64,000 bases of DNA, taken from NCBI GenBank assembly GCA_025786725.1, contig JAHLTZ010000010.1, positions 699,999 through 763,998 on the forward strand. The letters run 5' to 3'. The translations under genes were made by a program, and so were the position numbers. Under the pieces are notes generated by a model. That model was not told where the DNA came from. It searched no databases and worked only from the letters and a program-made list of their open reading frames with translations. Origin of the DNA: Syncephalis fuscata S228. Lineage: Eukaryota > Fungi > Zoopagomycota. This document shows positions 13,978-28,535 of the stretch, piece by piece. Within the stretch, counting starts at the first letter, position 1, and each line of letters opens with the position of its first letter.

Positions 13978-14642
13978 ATGACTGATAGTACTCAAGGTAT
14001 GTATATAATCTGCTATGATGTGTTTAATAATATTCAATTTATTGGTTATTATCTATGGTTATTATTAAAAGTTAAATAATATATAATAACATTAATAGCA
14101 AATTAACAATAATAAGCAATAAATTAAATATTATAAATAATTTGTATAATTTACTAATATTTATTATTACTAACTATTGATTTTATGGCTTTAGGTCTTG
14201 ATATCAAGGGCAAGGCACGTGAAACGTCCGATGACGTTAGCTTTGTTGGCCCCACACCCAACAACACACCCGTCCAGGCAGCTCCTATTGCCTCCCGTGT
14301 TGTCTCTGAGAAGCCAACAGTAGGCGGCATTGTAGAGGAAGGCGAAGACGATGACGCTGTTGAAATTAATATGGGTGGCGCACCAAGCCTTACTGGCTTA
14401 GGAGGCGATCTATTTGCCGGTAATCAGCGTCTAGTGAGTATGCTCCAAGGCCGACTTGGTTCACTACTTGGTAAGCCATCGGGTTACATTGAATCACTCC
14501 CCACCCCGGTACGTCGCCGAGTCAACGGTCTCAAGTACTTGCAATCGCAGCATACCGAGTTGGAAATCCAGTTCCACAAAGAAATCCTTGAACTGGAGAA
14601 GAAGTTTTTGACCTTGTACCGTCCACTCTATGAAAAGGTATA

Positions 14643-14673
<31 letters not shown>

Positions 14674-15761
14674 GTAGTAGTAGTAGTAAGCTTAGTGGCT
14701 AATATTGTTTAATATATGTTAATTAGCGTGCCGAAATCATCCAAGGCAAACTTGAACCTACCGATGAGGAAGTGGCAGCTGGCGTAAGCGATAATGAAGA
14801 AGATGAAGAAAAGGACGAAGAAAAACCAGCTGTGGCCGACAAGGAAGAAGAAGGCGATGCCAACACAACGGGTATTCCTGAATTCTGGCTGACCGGCTTT
14901 AAGAACCATGCCGGTCTCTGTGAAATGATTACTGATATGGATGAAGAACCACTTAAAGCACTACGTGATGTAAAAATCGAATATACTGAAGAAAAACCAG
15001 TAAGTAATAGACTGATTACTATATTACATAGTTACATAGTATATATTAATGAATTTACTAATTATATGTATATTTACTTAATGACAACAATGATCACTTT
15101 TAGGGATTCAATCTAATCTTTGAATTCGACGAAAATGACTATTTCACCAATCGATCCCTTACCAAGACTTATTACTACCAACAATCGGCCAACTTTGGCG
15201 ATCTTGTCTATGAAAGCTCTCGTGGCTGTGATATTGAATGGAAGGAAGGCAAAGATTTGACGGTAGTTATTGAAACGAAGAAACAGCGTCATAAGAGTAA
15301 GTAATTTATATTTATACTTATTTATTAATTAATTAATTAATTAATCATGTTAATAATATCTAGCTACCAACAAGACACGTGTTGTTAGACGGGCAATCCC
15401 CAATGAGACATTCTTTTCATTCTTTGAGACTATCCAGACTCCAGAAGAAGATGAAGTACTAGAAGATGAAGAACAAGATGAATTGGACTCTCGTTTGGAA
15501 GCCGACTACGAATTAGGTGAAGAATTTAAAGAAAAGATTATTCCACACGCCGTCGATTGGTTTACCGGTAAAGCATTGCAGTATGAATCGATGGATATGG
15601 AAGAAGAGGTAATGTTTATTTAATTAACTAATTACTAATTACTAATTGTATGGTCATTATTTCTATAGTATGATGATGAAAACCTTTTCTATGCTGGTTC
15701 CACGGATGATGACGAGGAAGATGAAGAAGATGACGATGACGATGACGATGAGGATTATTAG
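13978..15761 (+). CDS. NAP1: Nucleosome assembly protein 1
   Basis: 'SGYIESLPTPVRRRVNGLK', 'GIPEFWLT', 'NDYFTNRSLTKTY', 'GCDIEWKEGKDLT', 'DYELGEEFKEKIIPHAVDWFTG', acidic tail. 5'-UTR introns are likely near 13.5-13.95 kb. Confidence 0.93.
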
Positions 15762-16264
15762 GCTATGTCCATCAGCTTACGAGAAATAAGTCTACCTTTT
15801 TTTGTTAAATGCGATAACCATTCATTTATGATATGTTTTATATTGAACTGGTTGTTTGCATGCGTATTTGTTTGGTATACATGCTGTTGTCGTATTATTT
15901 GTTGTTCTGTTAAGTACAGATTCTTTTACAACACTCTTACCACTATTACTGCTATTAGTAACTATAACTATCCTATCTAGTACTAGTAGTAATAATAGAA
16001 GGGTAGGAACTATAATAACAATGATGGCTGCTCTCTATTGTTTCGTAATTCTCTAATGATTTCATTATAATAATGTATTCACAAAATGGATATATATGTG
16101 TATGTGTATATATATAGGCATCATAAACAAATGCTTCATTTTACTCAAAGGAGCTAATAGTACAAAGAATAGATATTTAAAGAAAGAGAGGTGATGACTA
16201 GAGATGATAAGTGAATGATCCTATTACCTAGTATTAATATATGAATCATCATCATGCCTTCTCT

Positions 16265-19200
16265 TTAAAGATATATTTGTCGAACATCATTGACACCAAA
16301 GGCATCACCACAAATGGGACATTTACGCTGTCTAGTCTCAATACGGGAATCGATACACTCTTTACAAAAGACGTGCATGCATCTTGAAAGAACGTGTGAT
16401 TTGAATCGTAGATTACAAGAACCACATTTAAGTAATGTCTATACTAAAGGGTTATTCATTTGTTATTAATAATGGTAATATGGTATTTACCTTGTATTCA
16501 TCGAGTAATCGTTCTGTTTCTTCATTGCCGGCACCTGGTACACCGGCAAGTTGTCGAGTAAGTTGATCGACACGTTGTTGTAGTGCATCTCTTTCTTCAG
16601 CCAATCTTCTACGCGCATGGGCGCCATCTTCATAGGCTTGTGTTCGTTCTTTTAATAGATTTTGTAACTATATAGGATTAGTATTGTGATTAGTATATAT
16701 ATATATATGTATATATTTATATTAACTTACCTCGACAAACTTCAAATCTGATTTATTAATCTTTTCAGTTGTTTCTTCTAATTGACGATTAGCATGGACT
16801 AGTCGTTCTTTAAATTGTTGCAATGTTGTATTGACTGAGGCCAGTTCACGTTCAAGATTGGCCTAAATAGATAGATTCAGCATACATACATACATACATA
16901 CATACATATTTATTAAGTTATTCCTACTTACCAATTGTTGGTCAAGGTTCTTTTCATGCTCTTCTAATCGACGAATCTGTTCTAATTGTTTCTCTGATTG
17001 GCGTCTTAAAGCAATATTAACATTGGACAAAGAGTCTTTTTGTTTATGTAACATGCCGTATTTCTGGTCATATTTCGTTTTCTATTATTGATTAGTTATT
17101 TTATAAAGAGTATTAGCAATAGAATACAATAAATCACTTTGTTTAAACTTACCTCGGCCAATAATTGAACAATTTGGTCCTCTTTAGTAGCAATATCTAG
17201 AATCTTACGTGAACTCTTCTCCTCCAACTGAAACCATTCCTTGCTAATATTCTCAATTTCGGACATGAGTTGTGATTCCGTCTATTAAGTATAAATATAG
17301 TATAAATAGATAAATAGATGTAACTTACTTTTTGATAGAATTCACATTTCAACTCTAAATCTTTAACTAGTTTAGTTTGTGCTTCCAATTGCTCAACCAG
17401 TTGACGCAATGGATCATCTGCCTTGGCCAGAGTACCAAATCGTTGATCAATGACTTTAACTCGATCATTGGCTTCTTTTAATTCATTTTGAAGTTGAGTT
17501 TGGGTCGATAGTGCCTAGATTATTATATAATTAGTGTATAAACACTACATTACCTATTCACTTGCCTTTTCAAGTTCAGAACGGGTCTCTTCATTTGATA
17601 CTGCCTCTACTGCCTTTAAGGTGCTATTTTCATCTTGTAGGGTTTTTACTTGTTCTTCCATCGTTCTATGGCCATTTGTAATTAGTTATAATCAACTTAT
17701 TAACTATATACTATCAAACTTACTTGACTTGCTTTCTTAGCTGGTCCACAAGCGATAATTCCTCATTAACACTATAATAGTCAAATGCTTCTCTATCACC
17801 AGCATCGGCGGCAATCTTCATCTTTAATCGTTGGATTTCAGTCGTCAAAGTAGTAATTTGATCCTATAATGGATATCAATGATTAGTATAACATTGATCA
17901 CAGTTACTATATATATAATAGATTACCTTGCGTGTATTAGCAATAACTCGAATTTCTTGATGTTGTACCAATTCCGTATTATCTTTAGAACAACGTAGCT
18001 CAAGTTGTTGTTGGAGATGATCACGATTACCACGTACACGGGTAAGATCATTTTCTAAACGACGCAATTCCGACTCTAATACTTCTCTTCTTTTACGTTC
18101 TTCTGTCTAATTATAAAATGTTAGCCTAATTGATTCTAAATAGCTATACTTACTTGTACTTGTTCCATATATTGACGACGATTTGTTCTTAATTCCTCTA
18201 TCTCAGTCTGGGCCGATTCAACACTGGCTCTTTGGCGTTCTACATCATCACGATAATAATTGCAATTATCTTGTAAACGCTGGAAGAGCGGTGTTTCTAT
18301 AATACGTTCATCGGGCAAATAGCTCAATTGCATACGAAGATAGTCGATTTCTTGGGTCATTCGAATCTTATCGTCTTTAACTTGACAAAGTTCTTGTAAA
18401 CGATTATCGGCCAAGCGTTGAACGGCTTCAATGTGTCCCATTTCCGATACACTAGAAATTTCCTATTATTTCAATGATTCATTACTTAAATAGTCTATTT
18501 ATAGTAGATTAGATGACTTACTGTAGGGCTTGCATCGTAGAATTTGCTGTTGCCAATGCTGTCGTCGTTCCTGTTGCCGATGCCGATGCTGCTACTGATG
18601 CGCTAGACTTTCAGTATTAATGTTTGAATAAGGCTCAGAAGCCGGTAATGGTACAACAGGTTCAGTGGATGACTTTAATCGATCAATTGTACGTTCAGCT
18701 CGTTTTAATTCATAGCGTAGTTCTTCATTCTGTCGACTTGTTTCACGTAATTGATCATTGGCTACAGTTAAAGCACTTGACATTCTGCCACACTATACAA
18801 TTATTTATTAGTTATTATAATTAAATAATTCATTCGTTCGTTCATTCATTCACTTTAATACGCACCTCGTCATTCAACTTTGTCTTTTGTGTATGTAGTT
18901 CGGCCGATGTTTCTACAACAAGTTCCTTTTCACTTTTTAACCGACTATTTTCCTTTTTTAATAAATTGATAATATCTGCCTCATCTTGAACTAATATACA
19001 ATAAATAGATAAATATAGAATATATATTAGTAATTATTCTATTTATATTACTAAATATTAAATAACATTCAATATTACCTGTAATGTCATTGGCAATTGC
19101 GTCTCGCTCTTTAACTATTGCTTGTACACGCTGTGTTGTCTGTTGTAATAACTGTGTGGCCACGGTTACTTTATTCTCCAGCCAAGCATCAAGAGCAGTA

Positions 19201-19616
19201 GTATCCATATTACGCATTACTTGCTGATCAAGAAATCCATTGGGCTTAATTGTTCTATAGGAATAACGATAAGTAACTCGTCTATTACATATTGTATCGA
19301 TATTTACCATGATCAATGTTGGCTGATGCATTGTGCAAAACAGTGCTACTATCAATGTTTAAAGGTGCGACCAATGCTTGTATTTCATTTTGAATCTATT
19401 AAATGTAATTATATTCATATTTATCAGCTAATGTACTAGTTGTAGTTTATACTATTTACTTTATGCCAAAATCCATCAAATTGGCCGGCCAATGAGTAAA
19501 AGTGTTCACGTGACACTTCTAGTTGTTGTATATCATATTCCATTCGTTGACATTCACGTTTATACTCTTGCATCTGTCGCCAAATGGCCTCCTTTTGAAA
19601 TATTAATAGCTTTTCC

Positions 19617-19662
<46 letters not shown>

Positions 19663-20021
19663 ATTAAGCGTTATTATTATTAGAATATCAAGTAGCAATA
19701 GCTAAGATCTAATTAACTTACTGCTGGACTCTTTTCTTGATTGTCTGTATCCATTTGGATATCAGAAGGACCGTTAGTCGTAGTAGGATATGGTGACATG
19801 GGCTGTGAATGTGTTGTTGCCGTCACTGGTCCACTACGATCATCTCGATCTGGACTATCCGTCATGGCCATTGAATTTGACGCAGTTACATTGATACCAC
19901 GAGCAAGTGTAGCTTGTTTCTTCGATGGTGGAGGCAATAATGGCACACCATCCGATGAACCACCCTCTGGTGTACCCGCACTCTCATACGAATCGTTAAG
20001 CTGGCGTTTTCTTTCCTCCAT
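16265..20021 (-). CDS. BRE1: E3 ubiquitin ligase BRE1 (H2B monoubiquitination), ~14 exons
   Basis: 'FQKEAIWRQMQEYKR', long coiled coils, C-terminal RING 'CGSCNLRFKSHVLSRCMHVFCKECIDSRIETRQRKCPICGDAFGVNDVRQIYL*'. Confidence 0.92.
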
Positions 20022-20954
20022 ACGCGCCAATAGTTAAGTGATGAACGCGTGCAATTCTACCAACAAAACTATAGATTTGAATTAAAACATTGATCAAAAG
20101 TTTAACACACTAAGAAGAGGCACACAATCTTATTCATCGTCTATCTATTCATATTTTTAGAACAGAAAGAGGGAAAGAAAAGTAGAAGAGACAAGAGAGT
20201 AGTTGTACTTACCGGTGAACGTCGTTGTAGTAGTAGTAGAAGAAGAAGAAGAAGAAGAAGAAGATAAGTAAATAAACAAGCTAGCAAGTAAACAACAAAC
20301 AATTCAAGGAGAGTTGCTGTATATAAACGATCAATCAAAAGTGCTCTCGCTATGGACAATCTTTAGATCCGTATAGAAGAATTAGAGAAGCGACGTCGAT
20401 CGTGTGAGTGGGTCAATATTTGTGCACCGAGACGAAGCTCTAAGAACGCTGTAATAAAATTAAAATGATAATACAGTCGTATTTGTATTCGTAAAGCTTT
20501 ATCGCACGATCGCACCTTCTTTCCTATTAGGTGAAGTAGTAGTAGGAGTAGTAGTAGTAGTAGAAATAGTGGTAGAAATAGTAGTTGTATTGGTTGGTCA
20601 AGCTAGGAAAGGGAGACGCGAAAGCGAAAGCGAGAGAGAGAGCATGAAAGTGAGTGTAGATAAATGCTTATATTTACGTATAAACCTACAATGTATGCTA
20701 ACTGAATAGCTGATTTATAGAGTATTACATGTCCACTCTACTTTCTGATCAAATAACCAAATAACGGATAATAAAAAATTGAATTTTCTTCTTTCTTTTC
20801 CTAGTAGCATAATAGGATTTATATCGTATTGATATATATATATACTAGGATTTAAAACGATAAAGGTAAATAGTATTTAATATAATATAATATAATATAA
20901 TATAATATTGATTATATGCTATACACTCTATTCTTTATTACTTTAGAATTTGAA

Positions 20955-21143
20955 ATGTCAGGTCGTAAGCGCGTCACTCATACGGGCCAAGAAGGCAGCG
21001 GCAATGCACTCGTTCGCTTTGTTAAACGCGAGATCTGGCATCCTGAGAAACGAGCTGGCAATGCAACTATTATGCTAGGCTTAACCGTATTTACTGGAGC
21101 AGTTATATTTCTACGTAAATTCGGCGATTTACTTGCCGTTTGA
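20955..21143 (+). CDS. Small tail-anchored membrane protein resembling fungal Tom6 (62 aa)
   Basis: MSGRKRV...WHPEKRAGNATIMLGLTVFTGAVIFLRKFGDLLAV: basic N-terminus and a single C-terminal TM ending 'GDLLAV'. A 5'-UTR intron lies at ~20866-20946. Confidence 0.6.
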   Translation: MSGRKRVTHTGQEGSGNALVRFVKREIWHPEKRAGNATIMLGLTVFTGAVIFLRKFGDLLAV

Positions 21144-21373
21144 TCATTGTTACTTCAAGCATTAAAAGTTTTACTATTTTCTACTTTATATTAATATAAG
21201 CATTATATATTGTATATTGTATATTGTATATGTTATAATGAGTAAAATAGAATCATTGACGTAGATCGACTACCAATCTAGGTTCATGGTTACTGAATGG
21301 ATTAAAATCGCGATGGCTATTCATCTATATCTAATTATTTCGATTCTTTTTACCAAGTGTCATATTTTATACA

Positions 21374-22716
21374 ATGCCCATTGGACGTTGTAGTGGCCAT
21401 AACCGTAATTATTTCTACAAGATCCGGTTAATAGGCGCGGGATTGCTCTATAGACCAGGATGTCGAACACTATTACAGCCTATAGTTTATTTGGACAAAT
21501 CACGTTTACAATGGCTGCATACTGGACAAGTAACCTTTACAGACGATATCAAGTCTAATAAAAGTGATATACCACTTGAACCATCGCCTACAACATCTAA
21601 GCCAACGATCGATAATACTTCTTCTTCTTCTTCGTCATCATCATCAACGTGGCAAACACCACTCGTTGAACAAATGAAAATGGCATTGAAAAAAGGACAG
21701 CAAGCGGGCATTTCTTTACAATCAACTACTCGACCCAGTATGAGTGAGATTGTTGGACAATTAGGCACACGTCTTAATCAAATCACCGGTTACGATGAAG
21801 TGGCCGATCTCAAAATGAAAGTAGTTGATTCAGGCAAGTATTTAGTAATCAGTATTACTATTAGTACAAATACTAACATTTGTATTGATGTAGAAAAGGC
21901 ATTTCTCGCCTCAAGAGAGCGATTAAGACGTGCCAAATCGATCTATGAACAAGCAGTATCAGAACGAGCCAATGGACAGCGTGAGATCAATGCCCTACTT
22001 CAACGTAAACATGCCTGGACCGACGAAGATGTGACACGATTCACCAAGTTGTACCGAAATGAACATAGCAATGAACAGGCAGAACTGGCCGCTAAATCAG
22101 AAAGTGCTAGCGCTGAAGCGGAGGTTGAACGCCGCTACGATCGTCTAGTCGATGCTATTCGGGCCCGTTACCACGAAGAACAGCTATGGAGTGACAAGAT
22201 CCGTGGTGCATCCACGTATGGTACACTGGCACTCATGCTTATCAATGTACTGTTATTCATATCTGTACAGACGGTGTTTGAACCAAGGAAAAGAGAAAAG
22301 CTTGGCCAACATGTGGAACAGTTATTGGAGAAAAGAGCCGTGAATAGTGCACAGGAACGAGAAGAACAGGCAAATAGACTGGAAACATTATTAACACACC
22401 AACAACATGAATTACAACAACTAAAAACATCACTTGTGTCATTAAGTAATAGTGAGCATGATATGATGCAAAATATCACACCACCACCACTGTTTAATGA
22501 ATTAGATATCGATAATGAGAGTATAAATACGACTAGTACTAAGTACCACTTACATCATCGTCTATATTGAATCGTTTCACTATCAATACGACAAATACGA
22601 TACGTAAATTGACCGGCCATCAATTTCCTAGTGAGAATTCATGGATAGCTGCTGCAGAAGGTGTTATGGCAGGCAGTTTATTAACTTTAGTAACGACTCT
22701 GTTATTTAGTCGTTAG
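21374..22716 (+). CDS. SHE9: Mitochondrial inner-membrane protein She9/Mdm33
   Basis: 'LNQITGY', 'QREINALLQRKHAWTDEDVTRFTKLYRNEH', 'RYHEEQLWSDKIRGASTYGT..NVLLF..EP'. In-frame GC-AG intron 21834-21893. A second TM is recovered after an apparent frameshift at ~22550. Confidence 0.88.
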
Positions 22717-22857
22717 TTACCCAAACCATTAATAAATAACATTAATACAATTAAATGATGCAATAACACTAAGAGTTCAACTGTGGTTTTTATAGATAAA
22801 AGTAGTTGTAATTGTAGTAGAAGTAGTAGTAGCAAGAATAATAAATTATCAAGCAAT

Positions 22858-24256
22858 CTACTTTTTAGTTGGTACCGACCATTGAATCTATTGATGGAAT
22901 TGATATATTAATACTATGTTATAATCATCCTATTTATATGTATTAATTACTTACATCGAATTGTAAAGTGGCATTAGGTGGGATATCGGGTGGAGCACCA
23001 CGTGGACCATAACTATAGTATAGATGGATAGATGTATATTAGATACTAATAGGTAGTATAGTGTTTATAATGACTTACGCTAGTTTGGCGGGGATGGTAA
23101 GACGGCGTTTACCATTAACCAGCATACCTTCAATGCCTAGATCCCATCCTATATAAATAGAAGTAAAGTAGAGTGTTATAGTAGATGTACATAGTAATAA
23201 CAACCTAATGACTTGCCTTTAATGACTTCACCTTTGCCCAATTTGAAGTTGAATGGTTTGCCCTTTGTGTTTTGGTCAAACACTTTTCCGTTCATTAAAC
23301 GACCAATATAGCGCATAGATAACTATAAATAGTATAGTTAGTATATATATATATATATTGTTTATTTATTTATTATAATATGACTTACCCGTTTGCCTTT
23401 AGTGGCCTTTTGACCTTGACCTGCTTCAATATCTTCAATAATCAAACCATTGGGTAGTTCTTTACGCTAATTATATAACATTAATTAGCATTATATTAAA
23501 TATGTATTATAAATTACTTACGTTGGTGTTGGCCTTTTTATTCTTTGGCTCTTCTTTCTTTACAGCTGTCTCTTTCTTTGCTTCCTTTTCCTTTTTATTC
23601 TTGTTCTTCTTCTCTTTCTGTGTCTCTGCTGGTACTTCTTCTGCCTTGCGTTTCTGTTTAACAGATTCAGGTTGTTTCTTTGTTACAACAACCTTTTCCT
23701 CCTCCTCCTCCTCCTCTTCATCTTCCTCCTCTGATAGCTCAATATCTTCGTCATCTTCTTGAGCAATCAATTTAAGTAATTTGGCCTCTTCTTCACTATC
23801 CAATTCACCATCGGATCCATATTCATCTGAATCGATTTCTTCATCAAAATCTTCTTCATCTTCGTCGCTATCACAACAGTCGTCGCCGTGTTCTTCATCA
23901 TCTGGTACATAGTTGCCAGTAAGGTGGACTTCATTCTTGCCAGTGATATGGAATGAGATGTTTTCACCAGTTGAAAAGATAATATCCAATGGCTGCTGCT
24001 CTATCTTGTTGGGAATTAGATTGCATAGAACGTATTCTTTGCCATCTACTACGGCAATAACCGAAGTGCGTTCACTGCCAGTTACTTTTTTGCCAAAACT
24101 GGCCATAGAGACGCGGAAAGAAGCATCAACCTCTTGCGAGTATTGCTTATCCACGCCCACTTGAAGACCTGTTATAAATAAATAGCTATGTTAATACTAA
24201 TGTTTATTATCACTCAATCGATAATACTTGCCCCAGAATCCAAGAGCAAACGACAT
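22858..24256 (-). CDS. Nucleolar FKBP-type PPIase with N-terminal nucleoplasmin-like domain (Fpr3/Fpr4/FKBP39 family)
   Basis: 'MSFALGFWG', NPL domain 'VHLTGNY', acidic/basic linker, FKBP '[26 protein letters not shown]|[29 protein letters not shown]'. Confidence 0.9.
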
Positions 24257-24537
24257 ATTGTGTGTTAGAATAAGATAGAATATAGAAAGAAGGCTAGAAA
24301 ATAAAATAAAAATAAAATAAAATAGACTAAAAAGAGCGAAAAATTAATTGATAGTTTTAATTTGTAGTTTTGTTGTGACAGTCTTGCGTCACTTGTCCTT
24401 GCCACCACCAACACCACACAACGTGTCTATGACACACACACACACACACACTACTGCACATCGGTATACGATTCCTTGTCAACTCATCATCTTAACTACA
24501 CCTACTATTTGCACTATTGCTCTGGTATATATTGACT

Positions 24538-25451
24538 ATGGTAGGTACTAGATAATACGTGTTTGAGTATATTAGTATATCCTATGTAACATTAAATACC
24601 GACGGTTCTATTGATGTATAGTCGAATACATTGCGTCCATACTTGGCAGCAGTACGGTCAACATTGACTGCGGCACTCTGTCTGGAGAACTTTTCTTCTC
24701 AGGTGGTTGAACGCCACAATAAGCCAGAGGTTGAAGCAAAGTAAGTGGAGGAAATAGATAGAATGAAAGAACGTCTAATAGTGGCTGACTCGCTACTTGT
24801 ACTAATACTAATACTATCCATATCAATATGATTAATATGTAGCTCTTCAAAGGAAGTGCTACTTAATCCAGTCTGTATCAGTCGCAATGAAAATGAACGC
24901 GTGCTTATTGAGCCGTCAATCAATTCAGTTCGTATTAGTATTCGCGTAAAACAAGCGGATGAAATTGAAGCAATCCTTTGCCATAAATTCACGGGATTTC
25001 TTACACAGCGTGCTGAACCCTTTGTTATTCTACGTCGTAAACCAATTGAAGTAAGTTTTACATGTTATTAAATAGATTGAGCTGTTAATCAGTACAATGT
25101 AATAAACGCTTCTATTATTATAGGGATATAGTATTAGTTTTTTGATTACCAACTTTCATACACAGCAAATGTATAAACATAAGCTGGTAGATTTTATTAT
25201 TCAATTTATGGAGGAGGTTGATAAGGAAATCAGTGAAATGAAATTGAGTTTAAATGTACGCGCTCGTACCGTGGCCGAGTCGTTTTTACTTCAGGTAACG
25301 TTTGTATTTTGTAATATTGGCCATTGTTACTAACACATATTATGCTAAACTTGTGCCATTTACCATTGATTGATACTATTGTATCGTTAATTGCTATGTG
25401 TTAATTGTAATGTTTGATATATATATATATATATATAACTAGTTCTGCTAA
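24538..25451 (+). CDS. ARPC4: Arp2/3 complex subunit 4 (ARC19)
   Basis: ATG-only first exon. '[38 protein letters not shown]', '[11 protein letters not shown]', '[24 protein letters not shown]'. Confidence 0.95.
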
Positions 25452-25576
25452 TTGCTCAATAAATATTAAGTCACGTGATGTTGCAATTTCAATGTGAATG
25501 AATGTTTTCAAGCCACACAAGCTGCTCCCTCCTCCTCTCCTGATATCGACGACACATACCGTCTATAACTTGCAAC

Positions 25577-26196
25577 ATGGTAAGTACATGGCAGTACGGC
25601 TATTATGCACGATATAGAGGAAGGCATGCTATTCTATGTAGATAAGCAGCTGAATAGACGGATGGATGGATGGATGGATCTATTGGTGGAGAGATGGATG
25701 GATGGATATAGAGCGTATATATAGCATGGATAATATAGCGTGTATGGTTTAAGGCTATGCTACTTTGAATTCAACGTTAATGCCGTCATGGCAAATAGTA
25801 GTGCAGTAGTTGGTAGGAGCATACATAGACAGCTATGACCCATAGTACAATATTGATGATTTAGCAATCTATAATGGACTATTCGTGCTAACGTATTATT
25901 AATATTTTGTTAATCCATATATAGCCGTCGCAAAAGACTTTCAAGATCAAGCGCATTCTTGGCAAGAAGCAGAAGCAGAATCGCCCGGTTCCATACTGGT
26001 TCCGTCTGCGCACTGATAGCACCATTCGGTAAGTAATGAGTAGTTTATTGTAGCTGTACGGCGCAGTTTGCCATACCACGTTACAATAATAACACGCGAT
26101 GTACTGAATAGCCTACTAACCACCATCCTGTGTATGTGTGTACATAGCTACAATGCCAAGCGTCGTCACTGGCGCCGCACCAAGCTTAACCTCTAA
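25577..26196 (+). CDS. RPL39: 60S ribosomal protein L39 (eL39), 3 exons
   Basis: ATG|[35 protein letters not shown]|[15 protein letters not shown]; absent from the ORF track. Confidence 0.96.
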
Positions 26197-27046
26197 GCTG
26201 TGTTGTTGCGGTGGCGGGGTATTTCTATCCACGCCACACTGCGATCAAAAGAGGTGTAGTCCTTTGTCCGAGCACTCGCGTCCGCTGCGCTTGTTCCTCT
26301 ATTTGTGGCGGGTTATTGTCTGGCAACGGCTGTTTTTGCACGATTGGGCCTAATGAATATATTCTGTGTATTCGCGGCCCTTTCCGCTTTTCGCACATTC
26401 TAGTAATCAAATGACTATAGTAGACATAGTGACCATGTAACATTGCGTTTTATTGTATAACAAATTTAACAAATATGAAAGATATCGGGCGAGTGGTTGG
26501 CCCTACATAAGTACACAGGTTATAACAACAGCCTAGTAATAAGCTATAAGGTATAAGTGATGCCGATAAGAGAGTACAGAGTACAAGCAAATGATATTTA
26601 TGAAATATTTATAATTAATCTGAAGGTATATTTGATTATTGAGATTCATATCATCCACAATAGAGTTACTACTGAATCTAAAAGCACTGTGTATAGAGAA
26701 ATAACTATATTGATTGCAGATATCAACAATGTATTACAAAGCAATAGCCATTATTAGTAGAATTGCTCGTGTAATTTATGTTTCTGTGGCTGAATTATTT
26801 AATAAATAATAGTTTTGTAAGATAATCTATATTATTTCATAAAATGCTTGAATTGTTTATTGATTTAGTAATTAGCAATAAATTTGAATACTATTTAATA
26901 AACTGTTATACAACAGTTTATGACACCAACAGCTTTAATCGTATTTATGTTGGTATTAATTCATTCTGACGGTTTATTTGATCAATAAAAGAATACATGC
27001 AGCACGATGTATACTAGAAAGAAAGTTGCTGTCAATAATTCGACTA

Positions 27047-28080
27047 CTAATTAACTGTGGCCAGCATATTTTGAAGTTCGTTCCTAATCTTTTCTTTTAA
27101 ATAGCTGCCTTTAAATAGCGGCTATTTTTGTTGATATAACGCAATTAATGCTTGCACTGTAAACTTGTTTATATTATTTGCAATATTTGGTTGTTCGTTT
27201 TTGTTAAATTCATGCAAGTCTTTTGCGTATGTTTTCTTAAATCCTTGGAGCATAATTCTTTTTTGAGAATTAAGCAGATGTCTAATGCCAGTATTGGTAT
27301 TTCAACTTATTAAGCCTCTAGTTACTTGCCATTCAGATCCATATTGTAAAGCCATCCTAGCGCGCGTAAATATCCCATGCCTTAATATAAATAGTTGTTT
27401 TTATTAGGCAAATTATTGCACAGTATGCAACCTACCATTAGCTATATCACTGATTATATCGCCAAAAAGTGGCGAGTAAGGCTTTGTTGTTTTACTCGAA
27501 AATAGTCGAGGAATATCTTTTAGTTTTGTATCGCATCGGGTTGAAGTGACGTAGCATTGTCCGTTTTCTACCTTAAAGTTTAAACTTGGCATAGCAATAA
27601 ACTTTTTACCACTTGCGTTTGGATGTTTAGGATCAATAGTCTTTTCGGCAAAAGCCTGTAAAACATAGTTGCAATGACAAATCATACAAAATATAGTTAT
27701 GTAACGCACCTTGTATACACTAAGTACTCGGTTTTTATAGTTTTTATTACTATCGTTACCGCATGTAATTAAAACACTTTTTGTATTGTAGATCTCTTTC
27801 TTTACATCAAGTGCTTTAGCATAGTGTACACCATTGTCCATGGGCAATACATCGGTAATTAGCAAATTATGTTTTTTAGCTATACCAGAACGAGTCAGGT
27901 ATTCATTAAAGAATGGATCTACTGACACTTTTTTGTACTAGAGATAAGTATCATGTATTTGTGTGGATTGTTTATATCATACGTTGATCATCACTACCCA
28001 AGCTACTTTTCTGTACGCTGTTATGTATAGTAGGAGTAGCATAGACTACACTAGCCATGGCAATAGTAATAAGTTTTAGT
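27047..28080 (-). pseudogene. Secreted degenerate kinase-like protein (frameshifted; may be intact if the indels are assembly errors)
   Basis: Signal-peptide-like 'KLITIAMASVVYA-TP', then 'VLITC', 'IAMPSLNF..CYV..C', 'IISDIANG|MGYLRALGWLY..|DICFN..IMLQGF', a layout resembling kinase subdomains II-VII without catalytic motifs. Start codon not identified. Confidence 0.5.
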
Positions 28081-28535
28081 CTTTGTTTAAATAGTGCAAG
28101 TATTGTAAAGCAATCAGAAATAAAAAAGGCGCTACAACAATAATTGTTTGTTATGTGATGGCATCCATTAAATAGCGGGAAAGGAGCGTAATTTTATTTA
28201 AAAAGTCAAACATCAGTTTGAAAGTTTAAGATGGTTATAAAAGGCAGCTGATAAAAATGCAAATGGAAATCGCATTTCGAAAATCGTAATGCACCATGTG
28301 TGTACAGTTTAGCTGCTTTTATACAGTACTATTTGGAAATGGAATATTTTTGTTGCTTGACAATATAATTACTCTTTAATTAATGCTCAAACATAATGTA
28401 TGATAATTTGTATTAAAACATTTATTTTATTGTATAATTAAACATGTACAATGTACATGTGTTCTAAAATGTATTATAATCCTATCAATTGTAATTCGAA
28501 AGTGTGTAACTTGATTTTGTATGTTAGATGTGATA

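Noticed and set aside
19616-19683. Poly-Ile and similar hydrophobic ORFs
   Set aside because: They arise from (ATT)n/(AAT)n microsatellites in introns or UTRs.
25580-26147. snoRNA in the unusually long RPL39 introns
   Set aside because: No convincing C box or H box and no recognisable rRNA-antisense guide. Intron 1 length is partly (GGAT)n. An Infernal/snoscan run would settle it.
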